Below, piece after piece: positions 62,863 through 64,000 of a stretch of DNA of 64,000 nt (its first letter is position 1; every line of letters starts with the position of its first letter). The position numbers were made by a program, and so were the translations under genes. The stretch lies in contig CBDCJH010000002.1 of the NCBI GenBank assembly GCA_965217775.1, forward strand, positions 576,001 through 640,000, in the 5' to 3' direction. Below the pieces are notes generated by a model. The model was given only the letters and a program-made list of their open reading frames with translations, searched no databases and was not told the origin of the DNA. Source of the stretch: Acidobacteriota bacterium (GTDB taxonomy: Bacteria > Acidobacteriota > UBA6911 > RPQK01 > JAJDTT01).

Positions 62863-62943
62863 CAATCATTCCGGGGCGAACAGGCACGAACCACGTCCCG
62901 AAGCCTCCGAGGAGTGCCCCTTCCTTCGAATTGATTCGGGGAT

Positions 62944-63876
62944 CTACTTGATGGCGAAGGCCTTGGCGGCGATCTTACGATCGTGCGACATGCGGTCGAT
63001 CTTGATCTCCCAGTGTCCTACGAAAGAGTCGGCGGCATCGAAGTTCAGAGTGATCTTGTAGTGAAACGGCAGAGTCAGACCGTCGACTTCCTTGAAGTCC
63101 GAGAACCTCTCGCTCAGGTTGATGTAGCTTCGGGACCCCGGACCGGTCTGGGTTCCGATCTCACGTCGACTCCCGCCAGGTGACTGACCTGAGCCAGCAC
63201 CGGGCCCCGGACCGCCTGCTCCAATTGGGCCAGCTCCTCCAATGTCGACCAGCCCCCGCCCCATCCCGTCTGGGACGACCAGCCTGTAGTGGCTGGCCAC
63301 GTGACGGTAGGTCTCGGGTTCGAAGTAGAGCCGGATCTTGTAGTCCACCCCCCTCTTGGGCCTGTACTCCAGCTCGTGGTACTTTTTCCCCTCGAACTTC
63401 TTGAGACCCCGGTAGCGGACCTTGGCCCGCCTCTTCCTCAGGTCCAGCAGCGCCCAGTCGGTGGAGAGAACGCCTCCGTAGAGTCCTTCTTGAGCCAGAC
63501 GCGGGAAGTCGTTCCAGATCGACCTCCCCAGTTGGGAGCGGATGCCCGGACTGATGTAGGCGATATCCACCTTGTCCCCGTTTCGGATGAGGAGTTCCCG
63601 AGGGTATTGGGTATGGCCGAAACGGAAGTCGGTCCGGAGCTTGTCCCCCTCCGCCAAGAGCATTGCGGGCCCGCCGAGCTTGCCTTGCCCTCCGACCCGG
63701 ATGTCCATAGTGCCCAAACCCTGGGCAACCCGGTTCTTTCGGGCCAGATTTTCGCCGATGGCCTTCAGATGAAGCGTAACGAGTTGGTCCGCCTTCATCT
63801 TCCTGGCCGGGACATCCACCGTCGTTAGAAGAAACGCCACGGCGGCGGAAACGATCAGGGACATCGATCTTTTCAT
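62944..63876 (-). CDS. Secreted protein, tandem paralog 1 (possibly LolA-like fold)
   Basis: Signal peptide; same conserved blocks; AAGGGG SD-like sequence. Confidence 0.75.
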   Translation of the reverse strand: MKRSMSLIVSAAVAFLLTTVDVPARKMKADQLVTLHLKAIGENLARKNRVAQGLGTMDIRVGGQGKLGGPAMLLAEGDKLRTDFRFGHTQYPRELLIRNGDKVDIAYISPGIRSQLGRSIWNDFPRLAQEGLYGGVLSTDWALLDLRKRRAKVRYRGLKKFEGKKYHELEYRPKRGVDYKIRLYFEPETYRHVASHYRLVVPDGMGRGLVDIGGAGPIGAGGPGPGAGSGQSPGGSRREIGTQTGPGSRSYINLSERFSDFKEVDGLTLPFHYKITLNFDAADSFVGHWEIKIDRMSHDRKIAAKAFAIK

Positions 63877-64000
63877 GTTTTACCCCTTATTGAAGGACCC
63901 CCCGCTCTCGGTGCGACACGGGACTATTGCCCAAGAACGAACGGGCAAAAAAAAGCATGAACTGATGGTCATCTTTGCTTAATCGAGCCTTCCAGGTCAA

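Noticed and set aside
60957-63876. Diversity-generating retroelement behind the variable paralogs
   Set aside because: No reverse transcriptase or template repeat; the variation is indel-based rather than adenine-specific.
63928-63955. Hairpin TTGCCC...GGGCAA followed by an A-run as an intrinsic terminator
   Set aside because: Neither strand has a U-tract 3' of the stem.

Overview
High-GC bacterial chromosomal window from a diderm (lptD and lipid A acyltransferase present). Gene content suggests Acidobacteriota, and the tandem ankyrin proteins hint at a host-associated lifestyle; both are inferences. Most of the window is housekeeping (lepA-hemW, gap-pgk-tpiA-secG-tRNA-Leu, ispG, Gld-like ABC exporter, bshA, dacB, lepB, folK, lptD). 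Four accessory blocks stand out. (1) A decayed islet after tRNA-Leu with intact antitoxins, truncated toxins and an M48 peptidase pseudogene. (2) The best candidate for a new system: a tightly coupled four-gene cassette (40690-48571) next to tRNA-Glu. It has the DISARM core helicase DrmA and DUF1998 DrmB, but no methyltransferase, PLD nuclease or DrmD/E. In their place are a compact SF1 (UvrD-like) helicase and a 535-aa unknown protein whose N-terminus matches DarT-like ADP-ribosyltransferase motifs by eye. (3) An exported sugar/sugar-acid oxidation cluster that includes an apparently Tat-targeted enolase-superfamily enzyme. (4) Three tandem secreted paralogs that differ in a variable Gly-rich loop. 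There are also MITE-like inverted-repeat elements, GTAG-type REP palindromes and a probable CTG start for folK. No CRISPR array, rRNA, integrase or transposase was seen. All protein calls come from motif recognition by eye, not database searches.
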